A stretch of DNA of 64,000 bases, taken from the NCBI GenBank assembly GCA_003171335.1, contig PMYD01000089.1, positions 34,958 to 98,957 of the forward strand, in the 5' to 3' direction. The notes under the pieces were generated by a model. The model saw nothing but the letters and a program-made list of their open reading frames with translations, was not told the origin of the DNA and searched no databases. A program made the position numbers and the translations under genes. The stretch is from Phycisphaerales bacterium (GTDB taxonomy: Bacteria; Planctomycetota; Phycisphaerae; SM23-33; FEN-1343). Of this stretch, positions 29,561 through 40,733 are shown piece after piece (the first letter of the stretch is position 1; the number at the start of each line of letters is the position of its first letter).

Positions 29561-31144
29561 CTACGGCTGCGAGATTCCCTGGCTCTTGCCATTCTGGATA
29601 GACAGCGCCCGGTTCACCGCTGCCAGATACGCCCTGCCGGAGGCCTCGACGATATCGGTGGACAGGCCTCGGGCGCGGATCTTCCGGCCGCCCAGGTCCA
29701 CCTCGACGGTCACCTCGCCCTGGGCCTCCTTGCCGCCGGTGACGGCCCGGAGCTGGTAGTCGGTCAGCTTCAGTTCCACGCCCGTAATTCGGCCAATGGC
29801 GGAATAGATCGCATCCACCGGCCCATCGCCCGTGGCGGCGTCGGTGAATTGCTGTCCCTGTTTATCCAGGGTCACCGTGGCGGTCGGCATGGAATTCGTG
29901 CCGGCCATGGTCTGCAGCGCCACCAGCTTCCACGTCTCGACGATGCGCTCGGTCTGCGCCTCCAGGATCGACTCGATGTCCTCGTCGTACACGTTCTTCT
30001 TCTTGTCCGCCAGGCGGATGAACAGGTCGAAGGCGGCGTCGAGCTGCGCATCGCTGATTTTGTAGCCCAGCGCCTCCACGCGGTCGCGGAAGGCGTGGCG
30101 CCCCGAATGCTTGCCCAGCACCAGCTTGGAAGCGGGAATGCCCACATCCTCGGGCCGCATGATCTCGTACGTCTCGCGATTGGCCAATACCCCGTGCTGG
30201 TGAATGCCGGCCTCGTGGGCGAAGGCGTTCTCGCCGACGACCGCCTTGTTGCGCTGCACGTTGATGCCCGTGATGGACGAAAACAGCCGGCTGGTCGGGT
30301 AGATTCGCTGGGTCACGATGTTCGTTTCGGCGCCGAAGATATCCCGGCGCGTCTTGAGCGCCATGACCACCTCTTCCAGCGAGGCGTTGCCGGCCCGCTC
30401 GCCGATGCCGTTGATGGTGCATTCCACCTGCCGGGCGCCCGCGCGCACGGCGGCCAGGCTGTTGGCCACGGCCATGCCCAGGTCGTTGTGGCAGTGCACG
30501 CTGATGACCGTGCGCTCGATGCCCTTGACGTGCTCGCGCAGATAGCGGATCAGGTTGCCGAACTCATAGGGCACGGCGTAGCCCACGGTGTCGGGAATGT
30601 TCAGCGTGGTGGCGCCGGCCTCGATCACCGCCGAGAGCACCTGGGCCAGAAAATCCCACTCCGTGCGCGAGGCATCCTCGGGGCTGAACTCCACATCGTC
30701 GGTAAACGTCTTGGCCAGCTTGATCGCCTCGACGCTCATGGTGACGATCTGGTCCTTCGCCTTGCGCAGCTTGAACTTGCGATGCACCTCGCTGGTGGCG
30801 CAAAAAACGTGGATGCGCTTGCGGCCGGCCGGCGCCAGCGCCTCGGCCGCGCGCAGGATATCCTTCTCCAGGCTGCGGGCCAGGCCGCAGATGATGCGGC
30901 CGGTGATTTGCTCGGCCACGGCCTTGACGGCCTCGAAATCGCCGGGCGAGGCGATGGGAAAACCCGCCTCGATCACATCCACGTTCAGCGCTGTCAGGGC
31001 GCGGGCCATCTGGAGCTTCTCCTCGATATTCATCGAGGCGCCGGGGCACTGCTCGCCGTCCCGAAGCGTGGTATCGAAAATGATGATCTTGCCGGCCGGC
31101 TGGTCGGCCGGGGTTTCCGTTACGTTTTCTTGCTTCTCTGGCAT
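29561..31144 (-). CDS. leuA: 2-isopropylmalate synthase
   Basis: [44 protein letters not shown] and a LeuA dimerisation/regulatory C-terminus. The start MPEKQENV is at about 31143-31144. Confidence 0.85.
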   Translation of the reverse strand: MPEKQENVTETPADQPAGKIIIFDTTLRDGEQCPGASMNIEEKLQMARALTALNVDVIEAGFPIASPGDFEAVKAVAEQITGRIICGLARSLEKDILRAAEALAPAGRKRIHVFCATSEVHRKFKLRKAKDQIVTMSVEAIKLAKTFTDDVEFSPEDASRTEWDFLAQVLSAVIEAGATTLNIPDTVGYAVPYEFGNLIRYLREHVKGIERTVISVHCHNDLGMAVANSLAAVRAGARQVECTINGIGERAGNASLEEVVMALKTRRDIFGAETNIVTQRIYPTSRLFSSITGINVQRNKAVVGENAFAHEAGIHQHGVLANRETYEIMRPEDVGIPASKLVLGKHSGRHAFRDRVEALGYKISDAQLDAAFDLFIRLADKKKNVYDEDIESILEAQTERIVETWKLVALQTMAGTNSMPTATVTLDKQGQQFTDAATGDGPVDAIYSAIGRITGVELKLTDYQLRAVTGGKEAQGEVTVEVDLGGRKIRARGLSTDIVEASGRAYLAAVNRALSIQNGKSQGISQP

Positions 31145-31551
31145 GGCTGTTCTTCCTTCTGGGCCGGTCGCCCGCAGACGCCGGCGGTGGTTCCTTAGAG
31201 AATCTGTCGCACGCGTTTCGCACCACCACTTGATAGTCGAAACGGCCGAACCGGCCATTGGCGATCAGTCTTTTCAGTCATCATCATTTCCTTGCCACGA
31301 TGAAGGCATAAAAAAACCCGCGACATTGCAAGGTCGCGGGGCAAGTTCGTCAAGTCTGGCGTAATTCGATCAGCCCGAGCGACCCACTAGCACAGCAATA
31401 GCCCCAGTCGTAGGGCGAGGGTCAAAATATTGCTGCCGCAGGTCATCGGGTGCTCGCTTTTTCGGACTTCTATAGAGATAGTATCGTCCCGTTTGGCGAA
31501 AGCAAGAAGAAAAAGCAGGCTGCAAACCTTGGGGCAGACCGGAGCCGCACT

Positions 31552-31836
31552 ATGGATAAACCGTTAACCTCTTCCGACTACTCGCACTTGCGCAGCGAAG
31601 GCCGGCGGCTGACCGTCACCGCCACCGTGGGCAAGGCCGGTCTTACCGAGGCCGTCGCCCTGCAGATTTCGACGCTGCTGGCCCATCATGAATTGGTCAA
31701 GGTGCGGATACCACCATCCGACAAGGCCGGGCGAGCTGAAATGGCCCAGAAACTGGCTGCAAAAACCGCCGCCACGCTGGTGGAACTGCTGGGCCGGACG
31801 GTGCTGCTGTATAAACCGCTGCCAAAACAAGAGTAA
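31552..31836 (+). CDS. yhbY: YhbY/CRS1-family (CRM domain) RNA-binding protein
   Basis: LTSSDYSHLRSEGRRLTVTATVGKAGLTEAVALQISTLLAHHELVKVRI...AEMAQKLAAKTAATLVELLGRTVLLYK matches the YhbY family. Confidence 0.75.
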   Translation: MDKPLTSSDYSHLRSEGRRLTVTATVGKAGLTEAVALQISTLLAHHELVKVRIPPSDKAGRAEMAQKLAAKTAATLVELLGRTVLLYKPLPKQE

Positions 31837-31865
31837 CGTGAGCATCCCTTCTGGCGATGGCCTAC

Positions 31866-32300
31866 CGCGACTCCGACATTGTCGCAGTCAACTGCGGAAT
31901 TTCCGCAGTTGACCCCCGGCGCGACTCCATAATTTTTGGAGTCACCTCCTGATTCACGTCCGGAAATTCCGGACGTGAGTACGCCTCTGGCCGGGGAGCC
32001 GGGGCGCGACTCCGAGATTTTCAGAGTCGATCTTTCATTCAGTTCATTCCCGGAATGAACTGAGGACTGCCAGGAAGCCCCCAGGGACACAGCTCAACTC
32101 CGAAATTTTCGGAGTTGACTGGAGAAATTCTCCAGTTGGAGCTTGGCGCGACTCCGACTTTGTCGGAGTCAACTGCGGAAATTCCGCAGTTGTGCCCGGC
32201 GCGACTCCATAATTTATGGAGTCACGTCCGGAAATTCCGGACGTGAGTATCCCTTCTGGGTCCGACTTTGTCGGAGTCAACTGCGGAAATTCCGCAGTTG
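31866..32300. repeat. Array of about 12 short perfect palindromes (9-11-bp arms centred on AATT/AAATTT), organised as about 3 copies of a ~130-bp higher-order unit
   Basis: Examples: GACTCCGACATTGTCGCAGTC, CAACTGCGGAATTTCCGCAGTTG, GACTCCATAATTTTTGGAGTC, ACGTCCGGAAATTCCGGACGT, GTTCATTCCCGGGAATGAAC, CAACTCCGAAATTTTCGGAGTTG, ACTGGAGAAATTCTCCAGT, GACTCCGACTTTGTCGGAGTC. The higher-order unit recurs at about 31868-31995 and 32148-32270, with a partial third copy at 32265-32300. Confidence 0.8.
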
Positions 32301-32451
32301 AAGCCAGCGGTTGGAGTCAATGCAAGAAAATGGGGCCGTTAAGTGTTACACTCGTTATCATTTTCGGATGACTGTAACACTTACAATGCCAGCCTATGCT
32401 CAATTCCACCCTATGCGCCAATCCGAAGGAGCATCAAACTGACAGTAGCCA

Positions 32452-32589
32452 TCAGTTGAGAGCCAGGATTACGCTGTAGAAAACGCCGTTAACCCATTGG
32501 GCAACATGGTGCAGCATCATCACGGTCGGCACGGAAACGGCCGCTAGAATGAGCACCTTTTCGACTGCCGAGACACTCGTACCGGTCAT
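32452..32589 (-). CDS. Small hydrophobic protein (45 aa), hypothetical
   Basis: MTGTSVSAVEKVLILAAVSVPTVMMLHHVAQWVNGVFYSVILALN preceded by GGGAG 8 nt upstream. Lies in a lower-GC patch immediately downstream of the alpha/beta hydrolase and next to the palindrome array. Confidence 0.35.
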   Translation of the reverse strand: MTGTSVSAVEKVLILAAVSVPTVMMLHHVAQWVNGVFYSVILALN

Positions 32590-32667
32590 CTCTCGGCTCC
32601 CTCCTTCTGGCCCTACGGAATTAGAAACCGCCCCCAACATTCACCGCCGCGATCGGCGGTGCGGCCA

Positions 32668-33792
32668 TTACAGGTGCGGCGGCATCTTGGCGACTACCTT
32701 GGCGTGACTCTCCTGCTCGATGAGCATGCCGTCGAAGTACGAGACGACCATGCGGGCCACCGCCGGGCTGTTAGCCGCCTGGCCGTCGCGGGCGCCGGGA
32801 ACGATCAGCCGGGCGATATTGCCGCCGGCGCCGGCCACAATGGGCTCCAGGTCGGCCGGCGGCGTGCTCTCGGCCCTCGAGCCGGTGATCAGCAGCAAAC
32901 CGCGGTCGGTGTAATTGTGGGAGGAATCGACGGCGTTCTCATCGATGAGACGATGGCCGAAATACGCGCTCATGCCCCAACTGAAGGCGGTGCCAAGTTC
33001 CGTCGGCACGTGCATCCGATGGGCCATGTTCTCGAAAACCGCCGGCACCGAGGGATACGAATCGACCGCCACCACGCAGCGCACGCCCTTGCAGCGCGGC
33101 CCGGCCAGGATGGCGGCATAGCCGCCCATGCCCGTCCCCAGAATGCCGATACGCTGCTCATCTACGCCGGACTGGCTTTGGAGATATCGCACGGCGGCCA
33201 TCACGTCGGCCGCTTCGGTGGTGCCGAAGGAAACGGGGGCATCGGCGCTGAGCCCGTGTCCGCGGAAGTCCAGCAGCAGCAGGTCATAGCCGGCCTGGGC
33301 CAGTTCACGGCCCAGCGGATAGAGCAACTGATCGCGGTTGCCCCCGTAGCCGTGGCACAGGACCACCCCCGGGCGCCGCTGCTTCCAGTTCTCCGTCGTC
33401 AGCGGGCCGCCGGCTACCAATGAGTTGATGTACCAGCCCTTAATGATGACCCCGTCATCGCTGTTGAAACGCACATCGCGGCACACCAGCGAGAATTGGT
33501 CGGGCGTGACGGCAATCGCCTGGCGCGGCGGGTGCGTCACCGAGTAGATCATCACCAGCCAGGCGCCCATCACCACCAGCGGCAGCAGGGCCACGCGATA
33601 CAGCACGCCGCCCACAAAGCGCCACAGGTAGGGGTGCTTGGATTTGGAAGCCGGCATCATGGCGCCGAAGGGATGCCAGAATAAGATCTTGCGCATCGTC
33701 GGCCAGAAGATGTTCGTCACCTTTCCCACATGGTGAACCACGTAGGCCAAGGCGATCAGCATCCGTCGATACAGCGGCATTTGCGTAGCCAT
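32668..33792 (-). CDS. Membrane-anchored alpha/beta-fold hydrolase
   Basis: N-terminal TM helices, then VVLCHGYGGN...LLDFRGHG, a nucleophile elbow GTGMGG and a downstream His. RBS GAGG precedes the ATG at 33792. Confidence 0.7.
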   Translation of the reverse strand: MATQMPLYRRMLIALAYVVHHVGKVTNIFWPTMRKILFWHPFGAMMPASKSKHPYLWRFVGGVLYRVALLPLVVMGAWLVMIYSVTHPPRQAIAVTPDQFSLVCRDVRFNSDDGVIIKGWYINSLVAGGPLTTENWKQRRPGVVLCHGYGGNRDQLLYPLGRELAQAGYDLLLLDFRGHGLSADAPVSFGTTEAADVMAAVRYLQSQSGVDEQRIGILGTGMGGYAAILAGPRCKGVRCVVAVDSYPSVPAVFENMAHRMHVPTELGTAFSWGMSAYFGHRLIDENAVDSSHNYTDRGLLLITGSRAESTPPADLEPIVAGAGGNIARLIVPGARDGQAANSPAVARMVVSYFDGMLIEQESHAKVVAKMPPHL

Positions 33793-34123
33793 TTTGTTCG
33801 CCTCACAGACAGTCTGTTTGCGCGCTGGGCGCGCTGCGGGGCGCCCCGCATCAGAAAACCTACGATTCCACTCGGATGAATGAGATGCCGGGTTGGGTAA
33901 AAAACAGGCAAATCGCGGGTCGTGGGCATTGCGAGGCGCCTTGATAACGGCCTTGACCGTCCCACGAGGCGGGTGATAATTCGTTGTTAGCGGGGCGGAA
34001 CCAGCAGGTGCGCAGATGCGCACCTGAAAAACGCGCCCCCAACTTGCCGCCTTAGTCGTTGAAAAAAGGTTACGGCGATTCTAAAATCGCTGCTTACGCC
34101 GAGATCGGAAACGAGGATATCCA

Positions 34124-34579
34124 ATGGCGGATGAGAAACCGCAGCAGACGCCCAAGATCGTAGTGGATGATGACTGGAAGAGCCAAGCGCGCGCTGAGAA
34201 GGAGCGTCTTGCGGCCGAGCAGCAAAAGCCTCGGACCGCCGCCGCTGGCGCCGCAGGCGCACCCGCTTCCGGCGCCCCCGCCCGGGCTGGCGCCGCCGCC
34301 GGGGCCGAGCATGCCGGCGTGCCGGACGCCAGCTTCATCAGCCACGTGGCGACACTGGCGTCCCAGGCGCTGTTCGCCCTGGGAGCCTTACCCGACCCGC
34401 AGACAGGCCGGCGCTACCTCGATATCGAGCTGGCTAAGTATTACATCGACACGCTCAAGATGCTGGAAAGCAAGACGGCCGGCAACCTGAGCGCGGATGA
34501 GAAGAAGCAGTTGGATAGCGCGCTGTACCAGCTCCGGTCGGCGTACATCGAAGCGGCCTCGGCCGGAAATATCATATGA
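34124..34579 (+). CDS. Hypothetical protein (DUF1844-like C-terminal region), Ala/Gly-rich linker
   Basis: The conserved-looking C-terminal block FISHVATLASQALFALGALPDPQTGRRYLDIELAKYYIDTLKMLESKTAGNLSADEKKQLDSALYQLRSAY is the basis. The family name is recalled from memory and not verified. Confidence 0.45.
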   Translation: MADEKPQQTPKIVVDDDWKSQARAEKERLAAEQQKPRTAAAGAAGAPASGAPARAGAAAGAEHAGVPDASFISHVATLASQALFALGALPDPQTGRRYLDIELAKYYIDTLKMLESKTAGNLSADEKKQLDSALYQLRSAYIEAASAGNII

Positions 34580-34992
34580 GCGACCCGCGGACGGCGAGCG
34601 ATGCGGGCGAGGGCAGTCTGATGCGAAAAATGGCACTGGTTTGGGTCGTGGCGCTTCTGGGCCTGCTGACGTCCTCGTGCCAGCAGGAGGTTCTCAGCGA
34701 GACCTCCAGGCCCTTGGGCCCCAACATGAAAGCGAACAACAACCTGGCCCAGGGCCAGGCGCGCAACGGCCCGGTGCTCACCCCGCAGGCCCAGCCGTCG
34801 CCGCAGGAGGCGGCCGCTGCTGCTGCTGCTAAACCGGCCAGCCCGGACGTGTGGGATTGGCTGACCGGTGTTTTTGAAGGTCCTTCCAAGCCCGCCGCCC
34901 AGCCGGCGCCCATGATGTCGCAGCCCGTGCAGCCGGCCGCCTCCCTCGCCCCGGCGACACCCAAAGGCCAGGTGCAGACGGCGACGCCCTAG
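34576..34992 (+). CDS. Low-complexity secreted lipoprotein (Ala/Pro/Gln-rich), hypothetical
   Basis: Lipobox LLTSSC after a hydrophobic h-region. The ATG overlaps the upstream stop (ATGA). Confidence 0.45.
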   Translation: MSDPRTASDAGEGSLMRKMALVWVVALLGLLTSSCQQEVLSETSRPLGPNMKANNNLAQGQARNGPVLTPQAQPSPQEAAAAAAAKPASPDVWDWLTGVFEGPSKPAAQPAPMMSQPVQPAASLAPATPKGQVQTATP

Positions 34993-35013
34993 GCATTGAC
35001 GGCGGTGGCTTGA

Positions 35014-37062
<2,049 letters not shown>

Positions 37063-37675
37063 CAGCCACACAAAACGCCCAGGAAATCACTACCCGAGTT
37101 GACTTCGTTGATGAACTGCCTTGCTCAGCGCGGCCGGCAGAGCCGGCCCTTCGACTGCACAATCAGCACATCGCCGCGAAGCTCAGGATGATCAATATAA
37201 GAACTTTTCGTTTGTGACGCCAATTTTTCGGCCACATGGGATTACCTCCTGAGGCAATCTCGCACGCTTTTTCACTACAGCCTGAGTATACCCCGAGATG
37301 GCAAATCCGTGGGGACGCAAGTGGCACTTTTGTCGCAAAAAGGCCGCAAAAAGCGGCCCTCTTTGGTAAATTGCGCAAACTATTCCGACGGGGAAGGATT
37401 CGGGCGTAAGATGGGTAAACTCTATGAACTGCGTAATGGCAGGTTTCGCCTCAAAGGCCGTAAAATCAGGGCATTCACGTGGTCGATTCGACCACGTAAT
37501 CACGCCAAATGACCATCACTCAACCGTAACAATGTTACGGTTGAGGGTACCGAGATGAAGTTTTCGACCCGCCGGGGTCGCTATCCTTTCGTCGGGGACG
37601 GGGTTGCGAACGGCTGGCCGCAGGGTTAAAAGACAGTGAATATTGCCGCACATCAGAATAAGGTCCACGAAATTG

Positions 37676-38428
37676 AGTGACGCCACACCATCGCTGGCAG
37701 GCGTTGTCGCCCTGATCACCGGGGCCGGCATGCGGCTGGGCAAGGCCATGGCCCAGGCCCTGGCCGCACGCGGGGCCGACGTGGTGGTGCATTACCATCG
37801 CTCCGCCGAAGGCGCCAATCAGACCCTCAGCGCCGTCGAGGCCCTGGGCCGGCGGGCCTGGCCGGTGCAGGCGGATTTGGGCAAGAGCGACCAGGCCGAG
37901 GGACTTTTCAGCCGCGCCATTGCCGCGGCCGGCGCGCCGGTGGACATCCTCATCAACAGCGCCTCGTTTTTCGAGTCCAGCCGCATAACGACGGTCAGCA
38001 TCGAGGACATCCTGGCCAACCTCCAGGTGCACGCGTTTGCCCCGCTGCTCCTGTCGCGGGCCCTGGCGGCGCAAGGCCGGCCAGGACGAATCATCAACCT
38101 GCTCGATACCCGCATCGTCGATTACGATCGCGAGCACGCGGCGTACCACCTCTCCAAGCGCATGCTCTTTACGCTCACGCGCATGCTGGCGCTGGAGCTG
38201 GCGCCCCAGGTGTCGGTCAATGCCATCGCGCCCGGCGCCATTTTGCCCGCCGCCGGCGCCACGCCCGAGCAGTTCGAGCAGCTCGCCCAGGCGGCCCCGC
38301 TGGCCCGCGTGGGCAGCCCGGACGACATCATCAAGGCCATCCTGTTCCTGCTCGATAGCCCCTTCATCACCGGCCAGGTGATTTTCGTCGATGGCGGCAG
38401 GCACATGCGGGGGAACGTGTATGGCTGA
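37676..38428 (+). CDS. SDR-family oxidoreductase, likely pterin/folate-related reductase (FolM/pteridine-reductase-like by context)
   Basis: Rossmann motif ALITGAGMRLGKAMAQALAARGADVVVHY and a YxxxK (AAYHLSKRM). Translationally coupled (ATGGCTGA overlap) to folB. The start was chosen at TTG 37676 with RBS AAGGT; the longest ORF begins at TTG 37643. Confidence 0.65.
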   Translation, partial: SDATPSLAGVVALITGAGMRLGKAMAQALAARGADVVVHYHRSAEGANQTLSAVEALGRRAWPVQADLGKSDQAEGLFSRAIAAAGAPVDILINSASFFESSRITTVSIEDILANLQVHAFAPLLLSRALAAQGRPGRIINLLDTRIVDYDREHAAYHLSKRMLFTLTRMLALELAPQVSVNAIAPGAILPAAGATPEQFEQLAQAAPLARVGSPDDIIKAILFLLDSPFITGQVIFVDGGRHMRGNVYG

Positions 38429-38795
38429 ACAGCGCGGCGACCGCATCCACATCCGCGACCTGAAGCTGCGGTGCATCGTCGGCGTTTTTTCCGAGGAACG
38501 CCGCGAGAAGCAGGATGTGACGATCCAGATCACGCTCTTCGCTGACCTGCGCCCCAGCGGCCGCAGCGACAACCTGGCCGATACCGTCGATTACAAGGCC
38601 ATCAAGCAGCAGGTGGTGGCGATGGTCGAGCAATCCTCGTTCCAGTTGGTGGAGCGGCTGGCGCAGGCGATTGCCGACATCTGCCTGGCGCCGCCGCTCG
38701 TGCAGGCGGTGCAGGTGACGGTGGAGAAACCCGGCGCCTTGCGCTTCGCGCGGACCGTGTCCGTGGAGATCACGCGCCGCAGAAATGAAGGCTAG
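38421..38795 (+). CDS. folB: Dihydroneopterin aldolase
   Basis: DRIHIRDLKLRCIVGVFSEERREKQDVTIQITLFADL...DTVDYKAIKQQV matches the FolB family. Confidence 0.85.
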   Translation: MAEQRGDRIHIRDLKLRCIVGVFSEERREKQDVTIQITLFADLRPSGRSDNLADTVDYKAIKQQVVAMVEQSSFQLVERLAQAIADICLAPPLVQAVQVTVEKPGALRFARTVSVEITRRRNEG

Positions 38796-38803
38796 CCAAC
38801 ACG

Positions 38804-39367
38804 ATCGACAGCACCGCCTACATCGCCGTGGGGTCCAACATCGACCCCCAGAAGAACATCACTGGCGCCCTGTCGCTGCTGCGGCGGCAGGTGACCGTGA
38901 CGGCGAGCTCGACGTTCTACCGCAGTCGCGCCGAGGGCCGGCCCGAGCAGGGAAGGCCACAGGCTAAAAGCCTGTGCCACCAGGAATTCTCCAACGGAGT
39001 ATGGCGGATCCACACCGCCATCGAGCCATCTCCGCTCAAATTCGACGTGCTGCGCTCCATTGAGAACCACCTCGGCCGGCGGCGGGACGTGCGCGACAAA
39101 TTCGCCGATCGCACCATTGATCTTGACCTGATACTGTATGCCGAATGTATCATTGACGCGCCCGAACTGAGAATTCCCGACCCGGGAATCGTGCGGCCGT
39201 TCGTGGCCGTGCCGCTGCTGGAGCTGGCGCCGGGGCTGATCTTGCCCGATGGCCGGCCGCTGGCCGAGTTGCCTGGGGCGAACGATCCGACGGGGCTTGA
39301 GCCACTGGCGGAGTTGACGGCGATGCTGCGGGCGGCTCTGCGACGCGATGTGAGGACCACGGAATGA
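38804..39367 (+). CDS. folK: 6-hydroxymethyl-7,8-dihydropterin pyrophosphokinase (HPPK), start codon uncertain
   Basis: TAYIAVGSNIDPQKNITGALSLL...TFYRSRAEGRPEQ...RTIDLDLILY are HPPK motifs. The first canonical start (GTG 38828) lies inside the conserved beta-1 strand. Upstream in frame only ATC (38804) is available before a TGA at 38786. Confidence 0.75.
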   Translation: MDSTAYIAVGSNIDPQKNITGALSLLRRQVTVTASSTFYRSRAEGRPEQGRPQAKSLCHQEFSNGVWRIHTAIEPSPLKFDVLRSIENHLGRRRDVRDKFADRTIDLDLILYAECIIDAPELRIPDPGIVRPFVAVPLLELAPGLILPDGRPLAELPGANDPTGLEPLAELTAMLRAALRRDVRTTE

Positions 39368-39930
39368 ACATCGAACGTGTCGAACAACTGGTGCGCGAGC
39401 TCTTGATCGAGATCGGCGAAGACCCGACGCGCGAGGGCCTGCTCAAGACCCCCCACCGCGTGGCCAAGGCCTGGGAATTCCTCACGCGCGGCTACCGCCA
39501 GAACAGCGAGTCGATCGTCAACGGCGCGATCTTCCGCGCCGAGACGAACAACATGATCGTGGCCCGCGACATCGAGGTCTACAGCCTGTGCGAGCACCAC
39601 ATGCTGCCGTTTTTCGGCCGCTGCCACATCGGGTACATCTCCGACAAGCAGGTGATCGGCGTGAGCAAGCTGGCGCGGATCGCCGACCATTACGCCCACC
39701 GGCTCCAGATTCAGGAGCGGCTGACCGCCCAAATCGCCCGGGCCATCATGGACAGCGTCCACGCCGACGGCGTGGGCGTGGTCATGGAATGCCGCCACCT
39801 GTGCATGATGATGCGCGGTGTGGAAAAGCAGGGCTCTGTCATGACCACCTCGTCCGTGCTGGGCAGCTTCCACGATGACCAATCCACGCGGCTGGAGTTT
39901 TTAAACCTCATCAGCCGGCAAATAACCTAG
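39364..39930 (+). CDS. folE: GTP cyclohydrolase I
   Basis: CEHHMLPFFGRCHIGYI and MVMECRHLCMMMRGVEKQGS identify FolE. ATGA overlap with folK. Confidence 0.9.
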   Translation: MNIERVEQLVRELLIEIGEDPTREGLLKTPHRVAKAWEFLTRGYRQNSESIVNGAIFRAETNNMIVARDIEVYSLCEHHMLPFFGRCHIGYISDKQVIGVSKLARIADHYAHRLQIQERLTAQIARAIMDSVHADGVGVVMECRHLCMMMRGVEKQGSVMTTSSVLGSFHDDQSTRLEFLNLISRQIT

Positions 39931-40023
39931 TCAAGAAAGTCTGAAAACCGCCCTGGATGCATCCGATAACAAGATGAGGAGGTACTTGCGTCTGGCCAAG
40001 GCTCAGGGCGAGGAAAAGCGCAG

Positions 40024-40671
40024 ATGGACTTGGTGGGCAGCAGAAGAATGAACGCCAAACGCGTCAAAAGCAGCCGAATTGTCGCCTTGGCGCTGGCGCT
40101 GCTTGTCGCGGGAATTGCGGGATGGTTTCTGTATGACGAGTACCATGCCCACGCTGGCTGGCGCGTAGACGAGCAGATCTGCGCGAAGGCCATGTCGCAG
40201 ATTGGGGACGTGAAGCTGGACATGACCACCAGCTATGGACAGATCGAGAGGATCTTTGGCAAGCCACACTCGATCCAGGGATGGAACAGTGGCTTGGTGA
40301 AGAACGGGGTCACCGCCTATTGGTGGGGCGACAAAATCCAGGCCACCTTCATTGGCTTTGTCGGAAAGTTCCCTACCGCCGAAGACAGAGATAAATCTCC
40401 CGTCATTATGCAGGTCTCCCCTCCTTTCAATGGGTCGCTCTGCGGCGTGCATCTCGGGGATACGCCCGAGCATTTTCTTGGCGTAGCGCACCCGGTGGCG
40501 TCGAAAGATTTTACGGTATGCCCGGCCGGCAGTTGGCAGTGGCGCAATGGTAAGAAAGTGGACACGACCGGCGAGTGGCAAATGTCCCAGAATCGCGTCG
40601 ATTGCCAAGCGCGGAATGGAAAGATAATCCAGATACACGCCGAGAACTATACGCTGAAGATCCAGGAATAA
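40024..40671 (+). CDS. Hypothetical membrane-anchored/secreted protein in a low-GC island
   Basis: RBS GAGGAAAAG, an N-terminal TM/signal segment IVALALALLVAGIAGWFL, and Trp-rich motifs. GC is about 55%, against about 68% in the flanks. Confidence 0.5.
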   Translation: MDLVGSRRMNAKRVKSSRIVALALALLVAGIAGWFLYDEYHAHAGWRVDEQICAKAMSQIGDVKLDMTTSYGQIERIFGKPHSIQGWNSGLVKNGVTAYWWGDKIQATFIGFVGKFPTAEDRDKSPVIMQVSPPFNGSLCGVHLGDTPEHFLGVAHPVASKDFTVCPAGSWQWRNGKKVDTTGEWQMSQNRVDCQARNGKIIQIHAENYTLKIQE

Positions 40672-40733
40672 ATCGCACCGGCCGCTGCCGCGCCCAATCC
40701 CGCCTCCACCGGTGTGCAGCAAAAGTGCACACC

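Noticed and set aside
28712-31198. 828-aa plus-strand ORF spanning the leuA region
   Set aside because: Antisense to leuA (strong LeuA motifs on the minus strand); low-complexity Gly/Arg/Ala-rich product; it also runs through the 29328-29487 repeat element.
31866-32300. CRISPR array hypothesis for the palindrome cluster
   Set aside because: Repeat units are not identical, spacing is irregular (8-40 bp), units are themselves perfect palindromes of differing sequence, and no cas genes are present.
37309-37512. 67-aa basic ORF in the folate-operon leader
   Set aside because: No RBS, Arg/Lys-rich low complexity typical of noncoding AT-richer DNA; the region is better explained as a regulatory leader.
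37535-39882. 345-aa and 321-aa minus-strand ORFs over the SDR/folB/folK/folE operon
   Set aside because: Antisense to four coupled, motif-supported folate genes.
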